In this document: positions 1 to 12,893 of the stretch, piece by piece
Numbering within the stretch: position 1 is the stretch's first letter
Layout: every line of letters starts with the position of its first letter
NCBI GenBank assembly: GCA_963575745.1
Contig: CAUYUJ010000015.1
Span: 62,001 to 126,000, forward strand
DNA: 64,000 nt
Source of the DNA: Prorocentrum cordatum
Taxonomy: Eukaryota
Direction of reading: 5' to 3'
Notes under the pieces: model-generated
Database searches by the model: none
What the model saw: the letters and a program-made list of their open reading frames with translations, nothing else
Told to the model about the DNA's origin: nothing
Translations under genes and position numbers: made by a program

Positions 1-319
1 GTGTCGTCGTAGTCGGTGTCTGCGGCGCCGTCGTCGTCGTTGTCGCTGTCGTCGTCGGCGTCGGTGTCGTGGCCAAGTGCCATGTGGTACATACCGTCAC
101 GGTCTTGTCTTAAGAAGTCTTGCGACCAAGTTGCGGGTGGGAGGGTGGGATGTATGCACGAGCAGTAGAGAGGATAGCTTCAAGACGGTCAAAGTGAATT
201 CCCTACCTAGGCTCTGCCTAGAAGGGTTCTTACTCTCTGGGCTTAAAGGGGCCGGGCAGTGGAAAGCGCCCCGGGCGGTTCCCCCAGTATCCGCCCCGCG
301 GTTCCCCCAGTTACGTCCC

Positions 320-730
320 CTTAGCTTAGCGTTGCGTATCTCATCTCAGCTTAGCTAATTTCATCTTAGCTTAGCTTAGCTTAGCTTTATCTTAGCTCAG
401 ATTTATCTTAGTTTAGCGCACCTTCATGCTAGCTTCGCTGAGCTTTAGCATAGCAGAGCACAGCATAGCATACCATAGCGTAGCATAGCATAGCGCAGCA
501 CAGCATATAATAGCATAGCCCAGTATAGCATAGCATAGCGCAGCATAGCATAGCATAGCATAGCATAGCATAGCGCAGCACAGCACAGCACAGCATAGCA
601 CAGCGCAGCATAGCATAGCATAACAGAGCAGAGCATAGCATAGCATAGCCCAGCATAGCATTGCGCAGCATAGCAGAGCAGAGCAGAGCAGAGCATAGCA
701 GAGCATAGCATAGCATAACATAGCGCAGCA
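320..730. repeat. Pentanucleotide microsatellites (TTAGC)n then (AGCAT/AGCAC)n
   Basis: Visible directly in the sequence. Confidence 0.95.
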
Positions 731-880
731 CATCATCCACTATTGCTGCTACAACTACGACGATGAGGAGAAGGAGTAGGACGGCGTTTACCGCTCCTAC
801 GAATGTTGCTTTCCTAGAGGCTCCAACTCCTAGGTAGGGTCGCACTGGGATAATCTACATATATATATATATATATATAA

Positions 881-924
<44 letters not shown>

Positions 925-939
925 CGACGTGCAGGGAAC

Positions 940-3850
940 ACGACAGTGTGGTGGGAATGGCGCCCGAGCGCCAGGCAGCGGAGGCCTACCGGGGCACCCG
1001 TGCGGGGAGGGGCCGAGGGCACGCGCGGGCACGGCGACGCTGTGCGCTCGAGTCTGGGGCGGAAAAAGCCGCCCAGGCACCTAAGGCCAAGGCCTGGATG
1101 GACCTCCTCGCGTGGTGCCCGTCGCGGGAAGTGTCGGGGCCTGCCCGGGCACCCGAGGCCCAGGCGGCGGGCTCGACCCGCTGCCGGACGCAGGAGCGAG
1201 AGCACCGAGGAGCGCTCGGGGGGCAGCCAAGAGTTCCGATTGCTTTCGCGTCTCGGCCGCTGGGGCAGCCTGAGCGACGGCCAGCCCTGGGGCGTCGACG
1301 GCCGTCTGGTCGAGGACCTCGTCGCACTGTCGTTGGAGGGCCTGAGTGCGCTGACGGAGGACCCTCTCGTAGGCTTGGGCGGCGTGGTTGTGTTCCCTGA
1401 GACCTTCGACGGGCAGTGGATCAGAAGTGGGTGGGCGTGGCACCGCAGCCGAGGCCCAGTAGAGGCCAGTGCGCGCGGCAGGCGCTTGCGAGTACGCCAG
1501 CCCGTGACGCCGCCAGTGGGGCGCGCGGTCCCGCGGCGGTGGGTGTGATGAGGTTGAGAGTGGTTGGCGACCCGCTGCGCTTGGCAAACAGGGGCGCGGG
1601 TGTGTTCGTGGGCGGCCCCGAGACGGTGCAGTGGGCCTCGCCCGTGCAGGGCCGCCAGTGGGCAACGCTGCGGCCCTTGAGGGGGAGCTGGGGCGGGGCG
1701 GGGCGGGCGACGTCTCGCCAGGATTGTCGAGATCGCTGCCGAGCCCGAAAGGCCTTCTCCTTGTCGTGGTGGAGTTGCGGGCGTGGCTGGGAGCCGTCGT
1801 GCGGGGAGCGAAGGTCGCAGGTGGCCGAAGTGTCGGCCTCCTTGAGCCATGCAGCGTGGACCTTGCCTCCGTCGTTTGCTCGCGCGCGTTGCGCCCAATA
1901 TTTCATGCGGGCGGCCTTGGCCTGCCGAACCCGGCAGTAGACCGTCGAAGAGTTTGGAGATGCGCTCACCGGCGGGGAGGTCCGCCACAGCCCTCGGAGG
2001 CCGCGCAATGGGGGCGATAAGAGGGGGGGGGGGTGGGCGGCGAGGGTTGCAGAATCGGTGTCCTTCAGGGCCCCGAAGAGTGGCCCATTCCGGGCCCGGA
2101 AGGGGGACTGTAGGGCCCTTGAGCCCAAATAATTGTTAGGAAAGCGAAAGCGAAAGCGAAGCTCCCCCGAAAAAGTTAATAGTTAAGAAAGCGAAATCGA
2201 AAGCGAACCGCTCGGAAAAAGTTGATAGTTTCGCTTTGAGGTGTCGCGGGGACAGTAATTCGCGCCCAGAGCTTGGAGATGCGCTCACTGGCGGGGAGGC
2301 CCGCCACGGCCCGCTCGGCAGGCGGGCAGGACGAACCACGCGGGCCAGCGCGGCGTGGCCGAGCTGCAGGCGGCCGCCCGCGTGCAGCGAGCTCGGCCGA
2401 AGGCCTCCGAGAGGCCCCCAGGGAGCTCCCAGGAAACCCCAAGTAGCCCAAGAGGGCTCCAAGAGGCGTTCTCCTCCTCCTCCTCCTCCTCCTCCTCCTC
2501 CTCCTCCTCCTCCTCCTCCTCCCCCTCCCCCCTCCTCCTCCTCCTCCTCCTCCTCCTCCTCCTCCTCCTCTCTCCTCCTCCTCCGCCTCCTCCTCCGCCT
2601 CCCGCTCCTCCTCTTCCTCCTCCTCCCTCCTCCTCCTCCTCCTCCTCCTCCTCCTCCTCCTCCTCCTCCTCCTCCCTCCTCCTCCTCCTCTCCTCCTCCT
2701 CCTCCTCCTCCTCACTCCCTCCTCCTCCTCCTCCGCCTCCTCCTCCTCCCCCTCCCCCTCCTCCTCCTCCTCCTCCTCCTCCTCCTCCTCCTCCTCCTCC
2801 TCCTCCTCCTCCTCCTCCCTTTTCATTCTTCTCCTCATTATCCTCTTCCTCACGTGTTCCCCGACAGGTTTCAACGACCGCCTGCCGTCGTCGGATTCAT
2901 CACAGCTCGGCGCCCAGGGTGTGGGCCTGTCGGCGCAGCTCTGGTCCAACCCAGGAGCAGTGCGGTCTGCTCCGCCGTGGTGAGCACCCGCGCCCGGAGG
3001 GGCGTGCCCCACCTCGCACCGAGGGGTCCGCGCGCGCAGCGTGGGGGGCGCGCGGCGGCGGCGCTGCGCCCGTCGGGGGCAGCGACGAGGGGGGCCACGG
3101 GCGCCCCCCTGCGGGGCCCCCGGAGTGCCGCCCCTCCCCCGGGTGGTGCCCCCGAGCTTCCAACCTGGCCGCGGCCCCAGAGAGCTCGGCGCTCGTCAGG
3201 GAGGGTCAGCGAGGCCATTGGTGGGCGGGGGGCCAGTTGTTGGAGCCGTTGCGCAGGCTGGGCCGTGAGGCTGAGGTCCAGCGAGGCCCGCAGACCAAGG
3301 GGCTGCTTGGCGGGGAACTCCCGAATGAGGGCAAAGTTGGTGACTGGGTGCCTGGCGGCGTGCTGGCAAAGACGTAGTCGATGCACGTGGCGCCCGCTTC
3401 GTGTGTAGAAGGGCCCCAGTCTTCACCAGCGTCGTATGCGCAGGCGTGATCGCCTGGGAATCGCATCGCCACGTTGACCCACCCATGCTGGAGCATGAGG
3501 GTGAGGAAAGCCGAGTCGGTGATGTCAGCGTCAGATCCCCACACTGACGAAGCATGGTGCTGTGCCGATTCGCGCAGCTTCCTCCCATCCCTGACAGAAG
3601 TCGGCCGCGTTGTCGGTGATGGCCAGTCCGTACACCGGGGTGTGGAATCCATTGGTACGTTGGCTTTGGGCGCGGACAAAGTCTTCCGCGCAGCGCGCTG
3701 CGCGGCTCAGGGCTTGAACAGCACGGCGCGCTGGGCCTCCTGGACCACAGCACGCTGGACAGCAACACAGACGCCGCTTCGCTCAAGGCACGGGGGAGTG
3801 GCCCAGTGGTCGGTGCCCCGCCGCGGGCTTTGCGCGTGACCCTGCCCACG
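940..3850 (-). pseudogene. Possible decayed LINE endonuclease/linker remnant, interrupted by repeats
   Basis: TCIDYVFAS resembles an APE-endonuclease C-terminal motif (~3360-3390); downstream GKVHAAWLK. Heavily broken. Confidence 0.3.
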
Positions 3851-4430
3851 GAAGGGGGAGACCCACACTGGGATCCAGGCTCAGTTCTCTCGGGGGCGGG
3901 GCGCGCGGCGGTCGTACACTGCGTGGCGGCGGGCGGGCTGACCGGTCTCCTGACAGGCGACCGCGGCGACGTCCGCGCCGTGTTCGGAGAACGGCCCAGT
4001 TGGCGCCCGGGCTGGTGGCGTCGAGGTTGACCAGGGTGTGGGTGCCGCTGTTGGGCCTATCACCGTGGCAGCTGCGAAGGTCAGCTCGTCGTGACCGTGG
4101 CAGGCCCAGCTGTGGTTGTGCGGTCGCGCGGGATTCGCCCAATGGCGCGTCGGCGCGAGCCTCTGGCCAGCCCACCTGGTGGCACCACGGCTCGAGCCTT
4201 TGGCGGACCGGTCTGGCCCGTGCTTCCATGCGAGGCGTGCGCCGACCCCCGGCTGTGGGCGAGGTGACGGAGCGGCAGCTCCGTCTCGGGATCGGTGTAG
4301 TTAAGCGACACGGGGTCCTCTCGGTGTAGTTAAGCGACACGGGGTCCTCTGAAATGAGTGGGTCCAGAGGCGGTGTGGGTCCGATTTGGGACGACGGCTG
4401 GGAGCCGAGCCAGGGCCGTCACAGTCGGCT

Positions 4431-4558
4431 TGGCATCGCTCGGACGTGTGCATTTTTCCTCCGGCGAGGACCATCGAGGAGCATCCTTGATCATTTGGCG
4501 AAAAAACCACGCACAAAACCCAAGAAACACAGGAAATGGACGTCCGAGCGATGGCCAG
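4431..4558 (+). mobile_element. ~130-bp dispersed TIR element, copy 1
   Basis: tggcatcgctcggacgt...acgtccgagcgatggcca; other copies at 16415-16545 and 52501-52627. Confidence 0.7.
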
Positions 4559-5188
4559 TCGGGTGGGAGGTACCAAGACGCACGGCGTGTCGAAGAGTGT
4601 CGAGGCCTGGCCTGGCACGTTGGCGGGAGCTCTTGGCGAGGCAACCTGGTGGCACCACGGCTCGAGCCTTGGCGGACCAGCCTGGCGTGGCTCCTCGGTT
4701 TAGCCTTTGGCGGACTGGCTTGGACCTGTGCTCTACGACACGCGCGAGCCATACATCGCATGCTGGTAGGCGGGGCGATGGGTCGCCAGCTCAGTCACAG
4801 TGTCGGCGTGTGTCTGCAACACGAGATCGTAGCGGAGCGGTGTCGCCGTGTCGCAGTCGCAGTCGCAGTGTCGCAGTAGCAGTCAACAGTCGCAGTGTCG
4901 CCAGCGGGCGGGTGTGAAAACGGAGCGGATTCAGCTCTAGAACGTCGTTTGAGGGCCGAGTCAGGGTCGCCACAGTAAGGTGGAAAGTGGTAAGACTTGG
5001 CCTGGCCTGTCGGCAGGGTCGCCGGGCGAGCCCGCCTGGTGGCAGTGACGCAGTCCTCCTCAGTCTCAGGATCGGCGTGCGAGTGCACCACGGTATCTTC
5101 TCAGATGTTATGTTATATAATATGTTTATGTGTATTTATACACATGTAGACCGATCCAGGTATGCATAGAAAGAGAGAGTGTAAAAAA

Positions 5189-5229
<41 letters not shown>

Positions 5230-5539
5230 GAGAAACAAGGGAGGACGAGGAGGAGGAGAAGGGCCAGGAGTGGGATCAACATGTAACCGAATAGTTTTGC
5301 GAAACTTTGTTCAAGCGAGTCCAGTTGCAGGTAGAGAACCTTGGTCGCACAGCGGCGGTAGCAGGCATATTGTGACCGATGAGCGGGATAGAGCAGGAAG
5401 CAGCAGGTGGAGCAGAAGGCGAAGAAGGAGGAGGAGCAGGGAATTAAATCATGGCATGCGTTGGCTCGGCAGTCGGCAGACGCTTCAGTCGAGCAGCACA
5501 AACGGCGCGGAAGGAGGGTGGGGAGGAAGAGGAGCGAGC

Positions 5540-5577
<38 letters not shown>

Positions 5578-5614
5578 CTGATGCTGATGCTGATGCTGAT
5601 GCTGATGCTGATGC

Positions 5615-5689
<75 letters not shown>

Positions 5690-6973
5690 GGTGGAGGAGG
5701 AGGAGGTGCAGGAGGAGGAGGAGATGGAGGAGGAGGAAGGAGGAGAAGCTAGGAGTAGTACGAGCCAAGATGGGGCAGCAGAAGCCATGAGGATGAGAAG
5801 TGCTTTGAGGGCGGCGTGGGCAGCTCGGGGCCATCCCCGAAGCCAGGAGCGACGGCGGAGGGCGGCCCAGGACGCCTTGAGGGAGGCGGCTGCTCAGAGC
5901 GACATGGAGAAGATAACCGCCGCGATCCAAGAGGCTGGCCACGAGCAAAAGGATTCGGGGCTCTGGCATGCTCGTGCCACATCCTTAAGATCCTGGCGCT
6001 GCATGCTTTTCGCAACGGACGTTTGCGCCCAGTTTCGGCCTTCGGGTCCCTCACAGATCGATCCGGCTCGAAAAATCATGCAGGAAGATGCGATTTAGGG
6101 ATCTGTTCGTGATTTTTGTCATTTTTCAGTTTTCTCGCAACATCAGATCTCGGGGATCGGCGCGGCGGCGGCGCTAGCGCAGGGGCGCAAGGCTGAAGGC
6201 CCCGCGGCGGCCTCAGAGGACCCGTAGCAGCGGAGGCTGCGCTCAAGATGAAAAGGTCTGCGCGGTGGCAGTATTCAGAGCCGACGCCGTCGTGGTACCA
6301 AGAGGCTCGGCCTGCCACCACCCCTGCAGTGGAGGCTGTGCGGAGCAGGACATGTCAGCCGGCCGCTCACATCTAAGAGGCCCTTGCCTTACGCATTACA
6401 AGCTCGACCCTTTAAGTGTTGTGCCTTCTGCTCGTCGCTGAAAAGGGCCGGGCCTCGGGACTGGCAGACGGCGACGCTGACATGAAGGCCGCCAGAAGGA
6501 GATCGGGACGATTGAAAAGGGTACCGAAAGAATGGGCACAAAGACCGACCGCATTTCCTGATCATTTTGAACAGGGCTCGCTGCCGGTGTCGCTGCGTGC
6601 GTTGTCCATTTGAAGCAGAAGGCCGCATGCCCAATAGCGGCCGCTGTCGGTCTTGGACAACATTTGTTGTTGGGCATTACACCCACTGTTTGCGTACCAT
6701 TTCGGGCGTCCAAAGGAGAGGGCATGACTTGATGGTGTCTGCTATCGACGCTGGAATCAAGGCGCAGAGGGAGAAGAGTAATCAGGCCGCGCTGATCCTC
6801 CTCCTGCTCCTGTTCCTCCTCCTCCTCCTCCTGCTCCTCCTGATCCTCCCCCTCCCTCCTCCGTCCTGTCTCCTCCTTCTCCTCCTCCCTCTCCTCCTCC
6901 TATTCCCTGCTTGTCTTCCCCACCTTCTCCACCTTCCCCCTCCTCCTCCTCCTCCTCCTCCTCCTCCTCCTCC

Positions 6974-7010
<37 letters not shown>

Positions 7011-7129
7011 AGTAGTAACTTTAGTGGTGTGTGCCGAGGGGAGATGAGGGGCCGCGCGGCCATCGGTTCCCTTTTGCAGTTGGCACGCGAAGTAAAAAAA
7101 AGGGCACCAAGATGGTAGACAACCTCGAC

Positions 7130-10100
7130 CCTATGACTTGTGCTACAGCTTACTAGGGGCCTGCAAGCCGCCGCCGCTCGATTCCCGTCAAAGCTCTCGC
7201 GCGGCGCCTCGCAGGCCGCAGTGGCCACAGTGGTGTTTGTGTGTGTGTGTGTGTTTGTGTGTGTGCCGTGCCCGCGCCTCCGCGCCCATCCTGCTCTTGC
7301 GAGTGTTCGCCAGGCATCACTTTGAGCTGTCCACCCCTTGCGGGCGACGCCGAGGCGTCGCGGGCCATCTTCGCCTGCAGGAAGGGCCATCTCGTGCGCT
7401 TCGTCCTCGGAGTGGTGGCAGGGGTGCCCCTCGTCCCCGCCATCCTGGGTCGGTGGGCAATGCTCGGTCATTTTGGCGGGCCTTTCGGCAGCCCTGCTGC
7501 CGGCGTGAAGCCTGGGCCGCACGAGCCGACGGCGGAGCATTTGAAGGCGATCGCGGCGCAGCAGGCCCGTGCAGCCATCCAGAACGCCACTTGCAGGCGA
7601 GGTACACGGCATCCGCTACCGAGTGGGAGGCCCCGTGGTGGTCCATGAAAGAGGATTTCTCTGTTTCCAATCTCCCCCACCCCAGCGATCATCTTGCCTG
7701 TGGATGGCGCGGTCCACGAGGAGATGACGGTGGTGGACGCCGACGCCGCCGACATTCGCCCCATGGCAGGTGCGGGGTCTCCGCTCTTCGGCGTAGCGGA
7801 GGCGAGCGTGTATCGGTTCCAGTGGCTTCCCGATGCGGCGACCTGGTGGGGCCACCTCCGCACCGCCGCGGGCCTCGCGGGCGTTGCGGTGCCAGCCTCG
7901 CCCTTGACCATCACGGGCGGCATGGGCGCAGGCGCGGGCTGGGTGCGCATCCCCACCAGTTCGGAGGGGGAGGGGGAGGAGGAGGAGGAGGAGGAGGAGG
8001 AGGAGGAGGAGGAGGAGGAGGAGGAGGAGGGAGGAGGAGGAGGAGGAGGAGGGGGAGGAGGAGGAGGAGGAGCAGGAGGAGGCAGGGATGGCTGGGAGGC
8101 GGCGCTGCGGCCCCTGGCGGGGCGGCGGCCCTCGCGGCCGCACTGGGCGTGGCCGCGCCGGCGCCGGCTGCGCTGGCCGCGGCCCCTGCCGGCGCGGCCG
8201 CGCCGCTCGCGCCCAGGGCAGCCGCCCCGGCGGCCGCGGCGGCCGCGGCGCGCGGCGTGGACTCGATGCGTGCACGCGGTGGTCCGCGACGCGGCTGGGC
8301 GTCGGGCGATGGACTTCGCCACGGCCGCCCTCAGCACCTCAACCACCTCGCAGGACGATTGGCCGAACAAGGGCCCGCGTGCCGCGCAATGGTGCATGGA
8401 CCACATGCGCAGGAGCGCGGGGGGCCTCTGGGCTGGAGCTCGAAGTAAAAGGCAGAGGCTCAGCTGCCCGACTCGGGCGCCATGTGCCAGCAGCATGAGA
8501 TGAATTGCGGGCCCCATCGATCTTGGGAGCTGCTGCGACCAAGTGAGATGCGCGGAGTTGGCGGCATTCGAGTTGGCGTCGAGGCAGATCCAGCTCATCG
8601 GAGAGCGGCGCTACGAGGACGCCGTGGCAGCCCAAGTTACGGCTGAGGAGAAAAAGAACGGCGAGGACAAGAAGGCCTCGGTGAGCGACGCGCTGCTCGC
8701 CACGGAGGCCGACCACTACGTGGGGGTCTCTTCCAGCAAGGGCAACCTGCGCATCGCCCCCCAGCTCACGGAGCACATTGCGGAGCAGCTGAAGCCAGAG
8801 GCTGCCATCGCCGAGGAGAGGCGCAAAACCCGCGAGGAGCGGGCGGCTCGCGCGCGACCCTCCAGAGGCTTCCCCAGGCGGGCGCAGGCACGTCATTGCC
8901 GCCTGGGGCCACTCGCGTTTTCGCTGCATTTGCGGTTGTTGCCCATTTTGGCACGTCATGGAGGCCCCTGATGCCCGACATCGCGATGCGTTTCCGCTGC
9001 CGCCCTTGTCGCTGGACGAGAGGTCCAGGGCATGCGTCGGTCGACGGGGGCGCCGGCGTGCTCAGCGAGGGGTGGCTTGGAGGCGATGGGCTAACGACGG
9101 CCTCACAGCCCTGAATCGCTTCAGCGGCCACTCGTCGTCGCCGACGCCGCCTCCAGGATTGGCGGCTTGTGCGGCGCAGGCCAGCGCAATGGATCATATT
9201 GCTTGTGTTTACCAGCAGTTTCTTCTACCTCCTGACTGTTGGGAGGATCGTTCATCCGGCAATGCTGCCATGACAGAGCCGCTCGCCTCGGCGCCTGAGT
9301 GCTCCGCGGACTCCCAGCGCGTCAAACCCTGCGGCAAGGACCTCGTGCCCTGACCTGATCCGATCGTGGACGCCTGTCGGGATGGAGACGAACCGTGCTG
9401 AAGGGTGCGCCGTCTGCTTTGACCCTGAAGGCGGCCCCGCATGCGCTGGTTTCATTCCATTGGAAAGTTACGCGAGGGCGACATCGTCAGTTTTCGTGCG
9501 GCGCGGGCTTTTGGCCCATATAGTTATAGGTTTTTCTTCGTTGAGAAGGTCGGCATGGTGGCGCTCGGGCTCGCGTTCGACACGAGGGTGGCGAATGAGG
9601 AGTTCGAGCCGCCCTCTAAGACCACGCTGCCCACCGCGGCCACGCGGGCCGCCCTCGAGTCGAAGCACCCCGTCGCGCTAGCCCAGGACGACATCCAATG
9701 CGTTTTCTCCCACGCGCTGCTGCCGACGGGCATGAGGGAGTACTTCGCCCTCCCCACAATATCCAATCGTTTTTTTTGCACGCGCCTGCGTTGCGTGGCG
9801 CGTCGCTGCCGGCCGACTGCGCGCGCTGCAGCCGACGGCCCGGGCCCTGCCGGCGGGATGGAGCTGGTCGCTGCTACTCTGCCAGAGCATCATGCGCAGG
9901 GCGCTCGTCTGCAACGGCTTCGGCGACGGCGATCTGGTGGCCACCCTGGCCAAGTGCTGGTGACGCCGCGGAGCCTCGCTGCAGCCGGGCGCGTCGACGA
10001 CTTCACGGCCGTGGGCGACGACGCAGCATTGGTCGCATCCAAGAGGGGTCACATCAAAAATGCGCTGGAAAGCTGGGGGCTGCCTGTTCACTCGCTGGAC

Positions 10101-11876
10101 GAGGCCTGCTCCGCCTCGGCCTCCGCGGGCCCGGAGATCGATGGCAATAGCGGCGCCGCGAGTGTGAAGCCTGCCAGCGCCACGAGGCCCAGGTAAGCGT
10201 TGTTGGCGGCCCTTCGCAGAACGGCGGCTTCGCCGCGCGTGCTCGAGGTTATGTTAGGACACATCACGTGGGTCATGACCTGCAAAAAGGAGATTCTGCA
10301 AACTCTGTGTAATGGTCTATGCGTTCAAGTCCCTAGAGGATCGTGGAGTCGCGATTCCTGCGGGAATCGGTGAAGTTCGAGTTGTGGCGCGTCGTCGGCG
10401 AGCTTCCTCGTCGGACCAGTCGTATAGATATCCCGCGGGCCTCGCAGGTCTCGGCCCCGGACGCCCCCCCATCGGCATCGGCGTTTGCGCCCGTCGTCTG
10501 GAGGGGCCCCGAGTGGCCGAGATCGGGGGGCAGGCGGAGAGGCGGCGTCTCCGATATACTTCAGCGGTGTCTGCGAGGGCAAACGCTTTGGACATCGCAG
10601 GGCCCCTGGGCGATGCGGAGCTCTTGGAGGCAATCGTCAACCGGTGCCTTTTTGCTGTGGGCGCGCAGGATTGACCGGGCACCGCCAGCCTGCATCGCGA
10701 GCCACAGCGATCTCCAACGGGCATTGGAATCTGCAAAATAATAGCTTGGAGCATGAAGCTGGCGCCTTGCATGATGCCGCGCGTCATCTCAACCGCAATG
10801 TAACATGTCACCATCGCCGCACTTTGCATCTCGCCGATAACCTGCCGCTGGCTCTGGCCGCGGGCGAGGGCCGAGGGCAGCGGCGCGCCCCCCCGCGACC
10901 CCTGCGTCGGCTGGCGGCCCTGAGCTTGGCCGCCAACCTTCGATGTTTCGCTCGCCGGCTGCCGTCGGAGTTGAACGCTGCTGACTGGCCCTCTCGCCAT
11001 AGGTTCTCCCACGGATAGGGCTCGAAGGAAGAGGCGGCGGCCCTGGGGGCCCAAGCCGAGGGGCATCTCCTTCGCGATGACGCAGTCGCTGGACCACCCG
11101 CGGGCGGGGGACTTGGCCGCCGGGGCCATCGGCTTGGTCGCCGCGGGCGCACGACAGGCCGCTATTCGAGCTGCGCGCAGAGGTCCCCGGAGTGGACGGG
11201 CCGGCACGGCCGCGACTTCGGCGCAAGGGCCCAGCTGGACATCCGGATGGTCGCCTTCATGGCCGACCTGGCCCTGGGCCGTTTCGACGCCGCCACGGGC
11301 GCGATGACGCCGGCGGCCGTTCAGCGCGTTCTGCCTCGTCCAACGCAGGGGAAGCGACCGCCGCCCAGGGCGGCGCGGGCGCTGGAGGGCTGGCCCGCAG
11401 ATGCGGTTGCCGCTGCTGCGCGCCGCGGCGATGGCGGCGGCGGGATGGCTGATGTGGAAGGCCCGCCGAGAATGGCAGCGTTCGTCGCGCTGGTCGTCCA
11501 CGCCTGCCTCCGGCCATCGGAGGCCCACCGCCTGAAGGTGGGGTCGCTGGCGCCGCCCATCACGAACTCTCCCGCCCGCTCGTGGGGCATCGTCGCGAAC
11601 GACGCCCTGTCCGGCCGCCCCGGTGGGAGGGCGGGAGTGACGGACGCGTCGGTGCCGGTGGGCGCCGTCGCGTTCTGGCCCGCGCTGCGCGCGCCCAGTC
11701 ATGTCGACGCCAGGGGCATCAGATCGCGCACGCCGAAGTCCGCGCGATGTTCCGGAAGGCGCTGCTGGGGCTCGGGCTGCAGAGGGAGCCCCCGTCCCTG
11801 CGCGCCTTCCGCCGCGGGAGGGCTGCGCGCGATCTGTCGTCGGGGGCTCGCTCCGTGGCCGAAGCGAAGGAGATGC
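7130..11876 (+). mobile_element. Degenerate DIRS-type retrotransposon related to the 54.8-61.2 kb element; 3' truncated
   Basis: Frameshifted remnants in the same order: ORF0 (~7260-7600), gag (IRYRVGGPVVVHER; DWPNKGPRAAQW; GNLRIAPQLTEHIAEQL..ERRKTREE), RT (RDAFPLP; FDTRVANEEF; GRVDD ~9987-10001), RNase H (ADNLPLALA..PSELNAADWPSR), YR (CLRPSE; LRAFRRG). Boundaries approximate. Confidence 0.8.
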
Positions 11877-12015
11877 AGTTAATCGTCGATTTCCCAGAAG
11901 GCACGGGAAAATATGGGAAAGTGGGTGGGGAGACCGAAACCCAGAAAATATGGGAACATATGGGAGATCTTGTTATTTGTGTCTACTCATTTGTGCGCCC
12001 CAGGGCCCCTTCAGG
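11876..12015 (+). repeat. Dispersed ~135-bp A-rich repeat (also ~20223-20385 and ~31681-31810)
   Basis: Shared ttaatcgtcgatt..gaaaatatggga..ccagaaaatatgg..tgttatttgtgt. This copy sits where the degenerate DIRS ends. Confidence 0.75.
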
Positions 12016-12129
12016 AGAGCGGGCGATGGGCGTCGGACAAGTCCCTTCGGAGGTGCGGCGGGCGGGCGCGCGCGCGGCGGAGGGCCAGGGGCCCGCCGAC
12101 GCGCGCGGCCATTCTCGAGGGCCGAGTTC

Positions 12130-12893
12130 CCGAGGAGCTTTCGGAGCCGATCGAGACCGCGTTCAAATTGCTTGATTGCCTCGTGGAGGAATTGAGCAGA
12201 GCCGGACTGCCCGTCAACTCGCGGAAGACAAACATCCTGACAACAGATGTCAACGTTGCAGCAGACGAGGTCCCGCTCTTCCTCGACGCCGGCGGCGGGA
12301 CGGTTGAGGTTGTCAAGCACGCGGGCACGCGCAAGTATTTTGGCCGGCTGCTCAGCGGCGATTTGAGGATGCGGGGCAAGTGCAACCTGGAGCACCGCAT
12401 GAAGTGCGCGTGGCTCCAGTTCCACCAACTTGCAGACGCGATGCAGAAACGCAACATTCCGATCAAGTTGCGCCTGCGTCTGTTCGACTCCGTGGTGACG
12501 CCATCTGTTCTCTACAGTCTGACCACAACGCCACTCACTCAAGCAGACCTCGACAAGCTGGACGCGCTCCAGAGGAAAATGTTGAGGCGCATTGTTGGGT
12601 GGGTACGTTTGGAGGAAGAAGCGCGGCAGCTCACTGGCAATCGCATGAAGCGCCGGCTGGAGGCGGCTCTAGCGCAACAGCCAGTCACATATTGGAGCAT
12701 CAGGTGCAACCGTCAGAGAGATTCGCTGGTCCAGCAAATCGAACACGGACATCTGTCGCAATGGTGTTCTTGTCGTATGTTTGGAGACCTAGGCGAGCGC
12801 GCTATCGAGGCCGACCGCTTCAGAGGTGGACCGACTGAATCTGTGCCTGTCAGCACGGAGTTATTCGCGAAGGTCCCCCTGAACGAGATCTGA
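12130..12893 (+). mobile_element. LINE RT C-terminal fragment (RTE-like thumb region)
   Basis: GLPVNSRKTNIL, KYFG, RMKCAWLQF, KLRLRLFDSVVTPSVLY, LQRKMLRRI. Confidence 0.8.

Noticed and set aside
201..839. Inverted match ccctacctagg / cctaggtaggg around the pentamer tract
   Set aside because: Only 11 bp and does not extend.
6567..6790. Cys/His pattern (GHYTHC..RRGHD) resembling the zinc knuckle of restriction-endonuclease-type non-LTR elements
   Set aside because: Too short and without adjacent RT or nuclease motifs.
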